Shown: positions 1 to 13,111, numbered from the whole stretch's first letter. The stretch: DNA of 63,902 bases, filler included, from Gonapodya sp. JEL0774 (GCA_027604505.1; 3 parts of 3 records of this genome joined end to end with filler, not necessarily neighbours in it), one strand, 5' to 3'. Numbers and translations: made by a program. The notes: generated from the letters alone by a model not told the origin.

Positions 1-1003
1 CCCCTCCCCCCTTTTGAATCCTTCCTTCGCCCCACACTTCGCCGATCACCCGCATGTTCCCCCCAAGAGTATAAATTCCCACTCCATCAGGCACCAGGTT
101 TAGACCTCCCACTATCCGCAATCACCCTTAAACCAGCCCCCAGCTCTCCTTCCGCTCCGTCCTCCCACATCATCCACATCATGACTCTAGGCCAATCCAT
201 GGTACGTTTCTCTACTTGACCATACATAAACGTATGGTCCATCCGGACGTCTCGCCATGTCCATCGTCCCTGACTCCTCCTTCAACCAACCCTCTCCTTG
301 ATTAGAGCTTCCTCTCCCAGTTCCTCGCCGACTGTGTCCGCTCAAAGGGACGACGGTCGGTCCCAATGCAGGCTAGCTCCGCACCGCAGTGTGACGTCGA
401 TCGCCGAGCGTTGTCCATCACCAGGCAGCCCCACTGTGAGACCATTGCGAGCCAAAATGGAGACATGAATGTAAGTTGATGGATCATGTCGTGGTGAACT
501 CGTGTGGCTTTTTTGAAATCCTTTCCTTGCCTCTGTTCCCAACTCGCACTCCCCTGCACGTAAGTACGTTACGCAGGAACGACCCGCGACTCGAACCGGA
601 TCAGTACCTGAAGGATCCAACACTCAGTTGCAGGAGGAGACAACTCATGCACAGACAAAGAACGACATTGCGCTGGTAAGGTTTCGATCACTGTAGCGAT
701 TCCCATCGGTAATATCCATCGAGCTCACGTGACCGCACGGGACTTGGGGCAGAACTCTGAATCACTCCTACCAACGCTTTCATCTCAGAACGCGCTACAT
801 GCATCGACAGTTGATGACAATTTGAATGCTACCAGTTTCAGTGACGCTGTGATTCGGGTTCCTGTTCGTTGGACGGTATGCGAGAATCTCGCGGACACGG
901 GGTACGGTAAGTCCGCTTGCGTTGCCATTGCCATCTCAATCAATGAGTGTAGCGATCGAAAACGCTTCTAAAATCACTAGAATGTCCCGCGGGATTCGCG
1001 ATA

Positions 1004-2190
1004 ATGCATCGCCAATCCCCAAGCGCAGGTCAGATCGTGATTCCACTCGGTACCGTTCGAATCAAGGATCACGCGCTAGAGCTCGCGTACAACGAAGCAG
1101 ACGATGCCGATGCTGATGCAATGAAGTCGAAAGAAAAAGAAACCGTGGTGCTGCAGTTGATGCTCAAGAACGTCCGCAAGATCAGAATCGTGAGCTCCAA
1201 TCTGACGCGCGTGCACTGGACCGCGGCGCTCCTCATACTCACCCAGTATTATGTACACGGATATATTGACGTCATGCAGGGTGCACCCGAGAACGATGTT
1301 CGCAAGGTTGTTTTGGAAGTTTCGATCAGGTCCAGGTCTGCAGGGGCTGGGCATCAGTTTTTCTCGGTGAGATCCATCCTTCAAGTGAAAACCGACCCCC
1401 GACCCCTACTCATTGTCTGCAATATGCATCCTGTTTTATAGGTTCTTCTCGCTCTGCCTTCCCATACCACGGCCATGTTCGTCTCCCTGTTGGACCCGCG
1501 GCTCAAACGCGGCAGGATCCGTAGCACCCGCGTGCCCCGTGACCATCCCGTTCACCAGATCCATTCGGCCCTCTGCGCGAGTTTTCGCGTCGAGCTTTTG
1601 TTGGCTCAGCGAGCCGGTGGTGGTGGTGGTGATCAAGGAGGAGGGTCGGTCACGGCGTCGAGCTTGAAGTGCACGTTTGCACGGGTGAAACGTGACATAT
1701 CGGTGAGCGCGCCACCACTGTAGAAATTTTGTGTAAGCCCGGCCGGCCATCTGAATTGTTTCCTGGAACCTTTCTTTTGAACATATACCACGTTATCAAA
1801 TCGAAGGACACCCGCCGTGTCCCCCGTGCCAGCAAAGAAGCCTACGACGCGTGGTTGAAGGTGTACACAGCGTTCATGACGAGACCCAAGTTCGACCACT
1901 TGCCCCCTCCCCCCGTCGAGTCGCCGTCGATGGATTCGCACAGTACGGACGCACGTCCGGCGATAGTACCGAGCCCCACCACCACGACGACTTCACACAC
2001 CACCTGTGGTGGCGAACGGCTCCATGGCGGCGCAAAGGCCTTCGCCGCGAAAGCGATGGAATACCTCCGAGGTGTGCGCCAACTTGGGCACGTGGGACCT
2101 TCGTATCTGCCAACCAGTCCTCGGGCGCTGAAATGCTGGAGAACAAACCTGATGTCTTTGGACTATCATGTTTACAGCCGTCCTTTGTGA
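1004..2190 (+). CDS. Multi-exon hypothetical protein, possibly degenerate; ends uncertain
   Basis: Phase-consistent introns GTGAGC(1190)..CAG(1246) and GTGAGA(1367)..TAG(1441) join ORFs 1004-1441 and 1475-1723 into one frame (KDHALELAYNEADD..RKIRI|YYVHGYIDV..HQFFS|VLLALPSHTTAMFVSLLDPRLKR). A further donor near 1703 may link to ORF 1729-2190. No recognisable domain. Confidence 0.4.
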
Positions 2191-2555
2191 GAAGCGAGAT
2201 TGTGTCCCTGACTCGAGATGAACTGTCAGTACAACCAATTAAATAAAGCGCCAGTACCTGCACCACAATACATACCACGGCGGTACCTTGTATAATTTAC
2301 CATAAACTGGCTATTTCACACATTTTCACGAACGCTATCTCCTGGCAGATCAACTGAAAACACTATTTGCAGAACGAATGCGGTATCGCTCACACAGAAT
2401 CCCTACAGTACAAATACCATATTTACAAGCAATCTAATCAAAGAATTAAAAAGTACAAAAGAAGCTTTACGGACTCTATCGTCTGGGGTGCGCTAATGCA
2501 CGAAGGATTCCCACCGAGGGGTGTCAGCATCGGGACCTCCCACCGGGCTGACCCG

Positions 2556-4256
2556 CTACGCCGGTTTCCCAAGTCTCTCCCCATGTCCCAGCTCCACATC
2601 TTCCAAGCTCTGGCGAGCAGATTCGGCTCCGACAACTTCGGGCTCTGGCACGCCCAACCGGCTGCTGGCAACCATGACGCTGGCTCGTGGAATGCCCAAG
2701 AGGGGTTGGCGAACTGACGGAATGCGGAAGATATCGGTTAAATGCATTTGCATTTTCCAGTGAGACTGCGGGTTAGATGAGGTTCGACTCACCGGCTTGA
2801 TTCTGCCCAGCTGCAGCGCGGGCCTGCTTCCGCCTACTGTACAGCACCAGCCCGACCACAGACCCAATCAGGATAACCGAGAGAGCGACCAATCCACCTG
2901 CCATACCACCGGCAACAGCGGCCAAGCTCGGTCCGGATTCCTGAACGGTGCCGTAGGGAACCAAGTACACGTTCCCCGAGGAGCCGGCCGAGCTGGTACC
3001 GCCCCCGGAATCGGCGTTGGCACCCGCGACGGTCGACGATGGAGAAGCGGCCGAGACGGAAGTTGGAGGTGTTTGTGACAGTGTGGATGATGGGACGGAC
3101 GAGGGGCCCGCAGACAATGAATTGGGGCTCGGGGTGCCCGTTGGCCCAGGTGAGGGGAAGCCGGTGAGGGTCCCTTGGGGTGAGAGCGTAGGGATTTCCG
3201 TACCGGCAATGACGCTTCCGCCGGGAGTTACCATTGGTGCGATACCGGAGTTGGACGCTGTTGGGAGCAGAGGTGGAGCACCGGCGGAGGGTGACGTCGA
3301 GGGTTGGCTGTCGCCAGCGGAAGAGGTAGGGATAAGAGGTACAGAAGCTTGAGGCACATTGCTTGCAGTCGATGGAGAGGATGCTAAGCCCGTTGGTGGT
3401 GAGACGGGAGGTGGAGATTGGGACGGTGTGGAGGGTGGCTGAGTCGGTGTGGCAGGTGTCTTGCTGAGAGGAACTGCACTACAGCTGTCGGGATAGTTGA
3501 AACTAGTAGTGAACTGCAAATTCAGACAGTAGATGAAAGGTTTCATTAGTGCAACTGTGCTCGTTCTGTTCCACCACAGTAACATATAGTATCGCCCCAT
3601 AGCCTAACACCCACCAGACCCGAGTTACCAGGTAAGAGCCCACAAGTTTTGAGACCCCACGGAAGACGGCCGTCTATCTCGCCGCTGAAATTGTTGCCTT
3701 CGATCTGCAGTTCCACCACCGAGGTCCCGGCGAACGAGGGAAGGGATCCGGTGAGCTTGTTGTTGCGAACGTCGAGGTGGTACAGACTCCACAACATCCA
3801 GAATGCATCCTGGGGGATCGGTCCCATGATGGAATTACCGTCGAGGGCCAGCCAGGTGAGCTGCGGCATGCATGCGAACGAGGGGAAGGCGGCTGAGAGT
3901 TCCTGGTTCGACTATGTACAAGGTGTGTCGATTGATGCAGCAAGTACGGTAAAATCGGATTTGTTTTGTAGTACAACACCAAGATAGAGACGCACCAGAC
4001 TGATGCCTGTAATATGACCAGAAGCTGAGCACGAGACAGATGGGTTGCGCTGGGGTGTGGTTCCCAACTCAGTGCAGCACGACCCTCGTTTCCAAGGAAT
4101 CGCCTTGCCCGAGCTGTCGTACAAGGCTTCCAGGACTGCGCATTCGTTCCCTAACGACGTCCCAACGAACTGAGGGTTGCACGATGCGACTGCGAGGAAT
4201 GTGGACAGGATGAGAACACCGTGCAGGATCGAGACGCTCCGCAGAGACCGGCTCAT
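2556..4256 (-). CDS. LRR receptor-like protein, copy A (SP-Cys cap-LRR-Pro/Ser/Thr stalk-TM-short tail, no SH3)
   Basis: Signal peptide (ILHGVLILSTFLAVASC) and cap ECAVLEALYD..GSCCTELG..SVSCSASGHITGISL; intron 3995-3912; LRR exon LTWLALDGNSIMGPIPQDAF..LYHLDVRNNKLTGSLP; P/S/T stalk; TM AAVAGGMAGGLVALSVILIGSVVGLVLY-SRRK; intron from GTGAGT at ~2792; last exon VRQPLLG..GKPA* ends at 2556. Alternative ATG at 4274. Confidence 0.85.
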
Positions 4257-4747
4257 TCGCTCCAAGCTGCACATCTTCGATGTTTCTTCTTGCAGAGAGT
4301 GGTGTCCGTGTTTATGAAGTTGGGAAACCATACGTTCCTTGCAATGAACAGTACGTACCCTGTCAGAACCGTTCCTGATCCCGTCGGCTCCGCCATCATC
4401 CAAAAGTATTTCATTTCTTCTCGCCACATCGCACCTGTGACTCAGCACAGAATTAACCCCAGAGAAAATCGGGTGGCGCGATGATCCGGCTTCGAGCGAG
4501 TAGAAATGCACGACCAACTTCAGGTTAACCGACTTCACGGTGAAGTGCGGGAAAATGGGTTCTCGCTTGCAACACTGTCGAAACCAACAAATCACGAGTC
4601 AGTATGGATCACATTGATGTGGATTGCAGAATTATATGTTTAGTTCTACGTCTATAAATATTTGTCGTACGATGCAATTCGTAATCCAATGACGACGCAA
4701 AACCATTTTGGTATCTATATCACCATTACAGCAGGAGAAGGTCCCCT

Positions 4748-7061
4748 TCAAATCAAGTCTACCCTTTGTCGTACCGAGCCTGCGAGTGTTTCACTCCCAC
4801 GAGTCACACTTCCGGAGAAGATTTGCACCGAAGTGGAACTGGGAGAGCTCAAAACTCCTTGCACGGTCGATTGGAATTGATGATTCACAGACTCGAAGCG
4901 ACGGGAGGACGGAACGATAAGGCCACCATAGGGTTCAGCCATCGGTGGACCCCAGCCAAGGTCGAGATATTCACTGTTGGAATGAAGGATTCCCACACAC
5001 AAATTTAGCAGGACTGAACGCAAACACGATCTTCGTTTCGAAAGTGCACAAAAACTCACAATGGCACCAAACCAGCTCGACCAGACGTGACGTCTGTTGC
5101 TAAGACCCACCGGTCTCGATACGCACTGTGCAGCATCACTTGCGTGCCTCCGAAAAGCGTCAGCTCGTCGCTGTTACGGGCAATGTATTGCAAAAATATA
5201 GGACGACAAAATGGTGAGGAGCTCACGATACGAAGATTTCAAGGGGACTATGGGCACATCACGACTCACGATAATACCGGTGTTCAGTACGGGGAGGCTG
5301 ATGAATTCTGCACCCGCAGCAAATGCACCTTGAGCAAAAATGGAGAACGTCCAGTGTGGAGGTGCTTGTGTCTGTGGCTACAAAATGTAGACGTGCGTGC
5401 GTGCGAGCCGACTTTGTTAGTGGTGCGTTTCGTACTGGGAATGAATACACTACCCACGTTATTCGAATATGGCATCGCTTGGAACTGCATCATGGGCATC
5501 ATAGTTTTCGATTGTCCGTAGAAGCCACTGGAGTTCATGCTCGATGGCAAGGACGCGACCTCGGAGGAGTTTGTATGAGCAGTTGGAACGGGACTGATGG
5601 TACCCTGTACGTTGCAGCGAATACCACTCAGTCCATGACACAAAATGAGAGCGTCGCAGATCGACTTCCTTTACCAAGTGTTTGAGGGGACGATTTGTCT
5701 ATGAAGTGATCGATAGAGTTCCTGATTCTGGTGGCACTTTAGACCATTCTCGAGATTGCAAACTCTTTCTAGAATCCAGCGAATCTTCAAACACAACAGT
5801 GCGGACGGACGACATTAAGCTTCATATAAAAACTACAGAAATTGGGTTTTTGATGCACCTACCAGACCCGTTCTGCGTTTGCTGAGCCAGCAAAAATTTC
5901 TTCTGGCGATGAACCATGACTGCACCAATGACGAGGGCGACCATAAATAACAGCCCTCCGCCAACAAACCCACCAATAATGGGTCCCATATTTGTTTCAG
6001 AGGGTTGGTTGGATGCAGTCGTGAGTAATCCGGGTGAGCCAGGTGGGCCAGAGTTCCCTGATGCCGAGTTCCCTGCTGGGGCCGGTGGGCTCAGAGCCGC
6101 GGTGGAAGTTGGCATGGAAACAGGAAAAGATACCGCTCCTAAGACGCCTGTCGAAGCACTGACGTTGCTCACGACCACCACCGCCCCTGTTTGACTCCCA
6201 GATGAACCAACTGATGGTGGGGGGGGGAGAGAGAGACGGCTGACGGAGTCCTTGAAGGAACGGCAGAGACGGAGGTCGAATCAGTGGGTGGTATCGAGCT
6301 AGGTATTGTGGATGGGGGGTTGGTATAGGTGGTGGAGGTGGTGGCGGGGGAGGTGGCCCGTGATTCCCGTGCAAGCTTTCGGATAGTGGCCAGTACTGCT
6401 ATGCAAAAGTGGACATCAGTTGAGCAAGTTCCACGATTAGGTTGCGTTCAAGCACTCACCAGAACGGGGTTTGAGGCGGCGATACTGCATGACGTCAACG
6501 TCGACGGGAGCAGTCCATAAATGTTGCCGCTGAAAGAGTTTCCAGACAGAAGAACTTGTGTCAAGCTAGTTCCCGCAAGGAAGGAACTGGTCCCCAGATT
6601 CCCATATTCTCCAAGTTCATGAAGGAAAGCAAAGATAATCCTGAGAACGCTCCGGTCGGGCCGGGTCCCGTCAGACGATTCCCCTCGGCCAATGAAAGAT
6701 ACCGAAGGTACGGAAGTCATGCGAACATGGAAATGGCGATGTCAGACCACGAGCGGCCTTTGCCGGGCATTTCAGTGGGAAATGTGAATGAGGTAAATGA
6801 ATTATGATCAGATCTGCGCCCAACGCACCAACGGAATCCCAGTGATGTGACCCTCAGCGTTGCACTAAACAGACGGTATATCAGTTGGTTGTAGTTCCAG
6901 CTCCCTGCAGCAGCTGCCACGGTTGTTCATCAACCCTACGCCTGACTGGTCAAACATTGGGATGCCACTGCGGTACAATTGAATACAACGGTTTGCGCAC
7001 GGCATGTTACGGACCACAAGGAGAAGAGGACCAATGCAATGAGAAGAGCTCGTACTCTCAT
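4748..7061 (-). pseudogene. LRR-polyPro-TM-SH3 receptor pseudogene, copy B
   Basis: Colinear with copies C and F, but has a frameshifting deletion in exon 1 (~6955), an in-frame stop PSV*CNAEG (~6866), frameshifts in the LRR exon, and the SH3-exon acceptor changed from CAG to CAA (~5188). TM GPIIGGFVGGGLLFMVALVIGAVMV and SH3 YIARNSDELTLFGGTQVMLHSAYRDRW..GLVP remain recognisable. Confidence 0.8.
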
Positions 7062-7472
7062 GAATAAGTTGGTGTTGTCTTGGTGCTTTTTGGGGGTTTC
7101 ATCCATAGCCAACTGTTGCAGAGGAACGCCCAATAACACCATTGAAATGATTCATAACGATTGCATTCCTCTTACCGACAAAAGCAGAATCTTTGCGATA
7201 AGTTTTATACACCCTAAAAGCTCATTTGTCTCACGTCGCTCAACTAGTTTCCTGTGATCTATTCTCACCTCATTTGTACTGGTTCCGACATGGACCGAGA
7301 CCAAGTTCCATCGTGGCAATCGTCCAAATTCCTCAAATCTGGAAATCAAATATTGTTTTGTTCTTCGGCGGGGTATGTACGCTATTATAAACCTATAGCA
7401 CACAGCACACATCTCGGGAAGCACTTGCCTATATAAATTATCTCCAAAATACGCATATGATCTCAGAATCGC

Positions 7473-7600
7473 GAGGGAAGGGATCCGGTGAGCTTGTAAC
7501 TCCTTACGTCGAGGTGGTACAGACCCCATAACATCCGAAATGCGTCCTGGGGGATCGGCCCCGTGACGGAATTGCCGTCGACCGTAACATCCAGATCAGG
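7473..7600 (-). pseudogene. Fragment of an A-type LRR exon
   Basis: DGNSVTGPIPQDAFRMLWGLYHLDVRSYKLTGSLPS closely matches copy A (DGNSIMGPIPQDAFWMLWSLYHLDVRNNKLTGSLPS, ~3735-3845). It is truncated where homology between the B and C upstream regions begins. Confidence 0.85.
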
Positions 7601-7799
7601 GACATCGGCCTTGATGCATGATCCGTTGCAGCATGAAACCATGAAACCAACAACCAAATTCGTACGGATATGATGCAAATTGTCGAATTACAGACTTAGT
7701 TCTGTAAATACTTGACGTCCGATACAATGGTAACGCAAAAGTTTGGTATCTGCATCGCCGCATGCAACTGGCAGCGTGTCAAGATGTTCCCCCTTCCTC

Positions 7800-10182
7800 T
7801 CATATCTGCCCTTGTCTTACTGACCCTGTGACTGTAGCGCTCCCACGAGTCACACTCCCGGAGAAGATTTGCGCCGACATGTAACCGGGAGAGCTCAAAA
7901 ATCCTTGCACATTGGAATGTAGTTGATTATTCACAGACTCGAAGCGGCGGGAAGACGGAGCGATAATGGCACCATAGGGTTCGACCATCGGCGGAGCTGG
8001 ACCAAGGTCGAGATATTCGCTGATACGATAGACGAGGCACACGCACAAATTTAGCGGTTTCGGCGCGCAAACCCGATCTTCCTGCTCTGAATTGCACAAA
8101 CTCACAGTGGCACCAAACCAGATCCACCGGACGTGACGTCTGTCGCCAAACCCCACCCATCTCGATACACACTGTGCAGCATCACTTGTGTGCCTCCGAA
8201 AAGCGTCAGCTCGTCGGTGCTACGGGCAATGTACTGCAGAGAGATAAGTCCAAAAGCACAGTGAGATGGGCTCGCGGCACGAAGATTCCGTAGTGAGTCA
8301 TGCGCACATCGCGGCTTACGATGAACCCAGGGTTGGGTACGGGGAGGCTTACAAATTGTGCACCTGCTGAGATTGCACCGGCTTGAGAAAAAATGGAGAA
8401 CGTCCAGTGTGGAGGTGCTTGTATTTGAGGCTACAAATGGAGAGAATCGTGCGAACCCAATTTTTCACCTACGCTTGGTGCTGGAACTTGGTACTGGAAC
8501 GATGCTACTCACGGTATTCGAATATGACATCGCCTGGTTTTGCATCATAGGCATCATCGGCATCATGGTCCTCGATTGTCCGTAGAAGCCACTGGAGTTC
8601 ATGCTCGATGGCAACGACGTGACCTCGGTGGAGTTTGTATGAGCAGTTGGAACGGGACTGATGGTGCCCTGTACGTTACGTTGCAGCGAATAACATTTCA
8701 GTCCGTGACGAGGAATGAGAGCGTGGAGGGTCACACTTACTTTACCAAGAGTTTGCACAGACGATTTGCCGATGGAATAGCTCGATAGAGTATCAGATTC
8801 TGGCGGTACTTTAGACCATGCTCGGGATTGCAAAGTGGTTTGGGAGTCCAGTGAATCTTCAAAACGCGCAGCACCGTGGACATACGACAAGATAAAGAGT
8901 TTGGTGGAAGTATCACAGAAGCATTGATTTCGGTGCACCTACGGGACCCGTGGTGCGTTTGCTGAGCCAACAAAAGCTTTTTTTGGCGATGCTTAATCGC
9001 GACTGCACCGATGACGAGGGCGACCATAAATAACAGCCCTCCGCCAACAACCCCACCAATAATGGGTCCCATATTTGTTTCAGAGGGTTGGTTGGATGCA
9101 GTCGTGAGTAATCCGGGTGAGCCAGGCGAGCCAGAGTTCCCTGATGCCGAGTTCCCTGCTGGAGCCGGTGGGCTCAGAGCCGCAGTGGAAGTTGGCATAG
9201 ACCCGGGAGAAAACGCTGCTCCTGGGACACCCGTTGACGAACTAACGCTGCTGCTGCTCATGACCACCTCCGCGCCTGTTTGACTCCCAGATGAACCAAC
9301 TGGTGGAGAAGGGACTGCAGTTGGAGTGACGTCCGGGACGGGAGTCAAAACTGTGGGAGGTGCGGAGCTTGATGCAGCGGATGAAGGAGTCGTGGATGGG
9401 GGAGGTGGTGGTGGAGGCGGTGGAGGCGGTGGAGGCGGCGGAGGAGGTGGAGATGGTGGACATGTGGCAGAGATTCCTGTGCAAGCTTTGGGATAGTTGC
9501 CTGCGCAACTATACTACATATAGGAGGTCTCCGTGTGGCGTTGTACGTAATTCTGATGCTTCCAAAGACTCACCAGGCCAGTGTTCGAAGTGCCCATTCT
9601 GCAAGATGTCACTGTTGACGGGAGCAATCCGTCAACATTGCCAGTGAAGGAATTCCCAGATAAAATTATGCTCATCATGCTGGTGCCCTGAAACGAGGGG
9701 AAAGCACCAGTGATTCCATTGTTCTCCAAGTTCAAGCTGACAAGGGCTGATAACCCAGTGAACGCTCCGGCTGGAATGGGACCCGTCAGTTGATTGTTAT
9801 CGACCGAGAGATATTGCAGATACGGCAGAGAGGCGATCGTTGGAAAAGGTGATTTTAGACCTTGACCGGCCTGAAACAAGTGCGTGAGTAATCTTGTGGT
9901 GCAAAGCGTGGCGGCGCATCCTGTACCCACAAGCTGCATCCCCGTTACGTGACCGGCAGCATTGCAAGAAACAGACGGTATAAAAGTTGGTTGCAGTCCC
10001 AGCTCCCTGCAGCAGCTTCCACGGGTGTTCATCAAATTCAAACCTGACTGATCAAACATGGCTTCGACGACGGCACACTCTGCCGCCACCGAGGTGCCGG
10101 TGAATACCACGGTTTGTGCACGACATATTGCGGAACACAAGGATAGGACGACCGATGCGATGAGAAGAACTCGTACTCTCAT
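7800..10182 (-). CDS. LRR-polyPro-TM-SH3 receptor-like protein, copy C (apparently intact)
   Basis: MRVRVLLIASVVLSLCSAICRA signal; Cys cap; LRR exon LQYLSVDNNQLTGPIPAGAF; poly-Pro ~9400-9455; TM GPIIGGVVGGGLLFMVALVIGAVAI-KHRQKK; SH3 exon 8233-8106 YIARSTDELTLFGGTQVMLHSVYRDGWGLATDVTSGGSGLVPL|EYL; GT-AG introns at positions matching copy F. Confidence 0.88.
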
Positions 10183-10610
10183 GAATGAATCGATGTCGTC
10201 TTGTGCGTTTTGTCTCTTCCATATATAGCGTCGAACTGTTCCAGAGGACCGTCCAATACCAGCGCGGAAAGTAATTCAAGTCCCTCGTCGCAATCGTCCG
10301 AACTCCTCAAATCTGGAAAACAAAGATTGATTTGGTCTTCGGCGGAGCACGCTATTATCTCACGCCGAGACGCACTTGCCTATTTAGTTGACGTCTCCCA
10401 TCACATGATCTCAGAATCGCGATGATCATATCTAACCACAACCTCATTCCAAAAACTTTTTATTGACAGTGTGTTTATTCTGTATGTATTATTTGTCCAT
10501 GTTCCTCCTTGCCATTATTGGAAATCTTTGTGGAACCGTTCCAACGAACAGCAACCAGTTCTCCAAAGTAAAACGTATGCCGCACTCGTTGGAGCAACAT
10601 TCATTCGCTC

Positions 10611-13111
10611 ATGAGGATTGTAGTATTTCTCATAGCAGCGCTAGTCGGATCCTGGTGTTCTATCTCGGGTCGTGCTCAGATGGTCCCGTTCACCGGTACC
10701 GCAGTGGCTTCCGAATGCGCTGTAATCGAAGCCATGTTTGATCAGTCTGGCAAAGGGCTCATGAACAATCGAGGAAGCTGCTGTAGGGAGCTGGGACTGG
10801 AACCTACGTTCATTCCATCGATATCATGTACGGCGGATGGTCATATCACTGGGATACAGGTGGTACGTACAAGTCATGCTCCGATTCACTGCCTGAAGTC
10901 TTTTCATCCCAATTTTGTCCCATTTGTTTGGGTTTTGGAATCGGCTTATCTGCGAAAGGCTGGTCAAGGTTTGACGTCGCCGTTTCCCTCCTTCTCGTCA
11001 CTCTATGCCCTTCGATATCTTTCTGCAGATGGCAACCACTTCACAGGATCAATCCCCGACGGAGCATTTTCGGGACTCTCATCTTTATATCAGCTCAACG
11101 TACAGGATAGTGGACTCTCAGGCTCCCTCCCGTCTTTTGTGGGAACAGCCTTGACTCGAGTATATCTCTCTGGAAACTCCTTCAGCGGAAGCATCGATGG
11201 ATTGCTTCCATCAACAGTTACAACTTGTACAATTGGACCTTCGAATAGTGACCTGGTGAGTTTCTCGATGGAATCGGACTTGCGATCACCTGCATGCGTA
11301 TCAGCCCATTGAGATCAAGCCTCCGTTTAGTATAGCTGCACAAGCAATTATCCGAAAGCATGCACCGGAATCAGTAGCAGATGTCCCGCCCCTCCTCCTC
11401 CACCACCTCCACCACCTCCGCCTCCCCCAGCTCCCCCGACGTCATCACCACCGCCTCCGCCTCCCCCATCTGTATCTGCTTCTCTAGCCCCGACTCCCCC
11501 GACTGCGACTGCCGAACCCCCCGCATCAGGATCGGTCGCGGTCGTTTCGGCAGGCAATCCGATACCATCGCCTCCATCAGCTACTGGTTCAAGTGGCAGC
11601 GCGACAGGTGGAATTACAAACCCCCCTCCAAGTGGAATCGGCGGACCTGCGAACGTGAAGTCCTCGACCAGTTCATCGGACCCCGCCAGCACCGTTGTCA
11701 TAAATCCCCTTGGAGGCGACACCAGCTCGGTTGGGGGGAACTCTATATCTTCAGGCTCAAATGGCGTTTTCACGCTCGGGCGTTCCAACCAGGACTCCGG
11801 CCTAAATACTGGTGTCATAATGGGTGGAATATTTGGTGGAGTTGGGGGAATATTGCTTATTGTGGGCATCGTCGTGGGCGCGGTCCTGATGAGCAGACGG
11901 AGAAAATTTGTACGGTTGGGGCATGGCGAGCACGGCTCAGGTGCAGTTACATATGCAGTTTGTCCGTTCCGAGCTTTTCATCAGTATAATGCTGCATCCC
12001 TGGCTCCGCAAAGACTCGCTCCACCGGAGAAGCAGCCAGGCGTCCCGTCCGCGGTCTGGAATGTCGCCGCATCCGCAGGCTCCGTCTACTTTGTCTGTTA
12101 ATCGAAATCTAACTCCGCAAAGTTTTCAGAGCCATGTTCTGCCGTCCTCCCAATTTTCATATTCGAACTCTGGTCGAACATGGATCATGCATGACCCCGA
12201 AGTTCAGCACAGTAACATCACTCCCGTCCCCACAGCGTACGTGAACTCCTCTGAGGTCAGCTCCGTACCTTCCAGTCTCGCACCCTATGACATCCATGGC
12301 AGTACCACCATGATGCCCATGCACTATAACCCTTCCATGCTGTTCGTCGCTACCGGCAAGAGCAATGATCAGGCGCGAACTGTATCAAGGACCGTGTCTT
12401 CACAAAATGTGGGTTATGATGGCATGTTGTGACACATTTCCGACGTCCGATTCACTTGCGGAACCTTGGTAGGCCCCGAATCAACAGAGACTAGAGCCCG
12501 GACCCGCACATTGGGCGTTCTTGTTCTTCTCCGGTGAAGCAGCAGCAGGGTCCGATTATGTAAGCCTTCCCCAACCATACCCTGGGTTTACTTTAAACCG
12601 TGACGTAAGTACAGTTCCGTCAAGAGAAGCGCATTTATTTTTGGTCCTCCGCACTTTTTAACAAACCTTTGATATAGTATGTGGCACGGAGCGACGACGA
12701 GCTTACTATTCGCGAAGGCGGACATTTGCTTGTTCACACTGCTTATCGAGATGGTTGGGGGTTGGCAACGGATGTTGGATCTGGAAGAACTGGTCTAGTG
12801 CCTCTGTGAGTGTTTCAATGCGTCCCACAAGAGATCGTCCATCTGTGCTCATAATTACTTTATGTGTTCTTACTTTTAGAGAGTATCTCAATCTGGGGGT
12901 TGATCCCCCAGTATCTCTCAGCTCCTCCCAGTTGGCACCACCAACAACTCGACGGGTCGAATCTATTCGCTTAACTTTCAATTCTCAAGGAGTTTTGAGC
13001 TCCCATCACTCCCTGTCTGCTCATATATTTTCCGGTAGTCTGGAGAGCGAGAGGTCGAGCGATAGAGTCAGCAGATCTGATTCGACAGGGCCACGCGAAT
13101 TACCGATGTAA
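10611..13111 (+). CDS. LRR-polyPro-TM-SH3 receptor-like protein, copy D (apparently intact; divergent from C)
   Basis: MRIVVFLIAALVGSWCSISGRA signal; ECAVIEAMFDQSG..GSCCRELG; LRR LRYLSADGNHFTGSIPDGAF; poly-Pro 11385-11470; TM GVIMGGIFGGVGGILLIVGIVVGAVLM-SRRRK; SH3 FTLNRD|(intron 12605-12677)YVARSDDELTIREGGHLLVHTAYRDGWGLATDVGSGRTGLVPL|(intron 12806-12879)EYL. Confidence 0.88.

Noticed and set aside
302..559. CLVMDNA motif resembling a Tc1/IS630 DDE transposase
   Set aside because: No other transposase motifs or TIRs; all frames in 1-700 contain stops, so it cannot be assigned.
2753..2762. TTTTCCAGTG as the partner TIR of the CACTG end at 19309
   Set aside because: It lies inside an intron of copy A, upstream of the CACTG end and so in the wrong position to enclose an element; probably chance.
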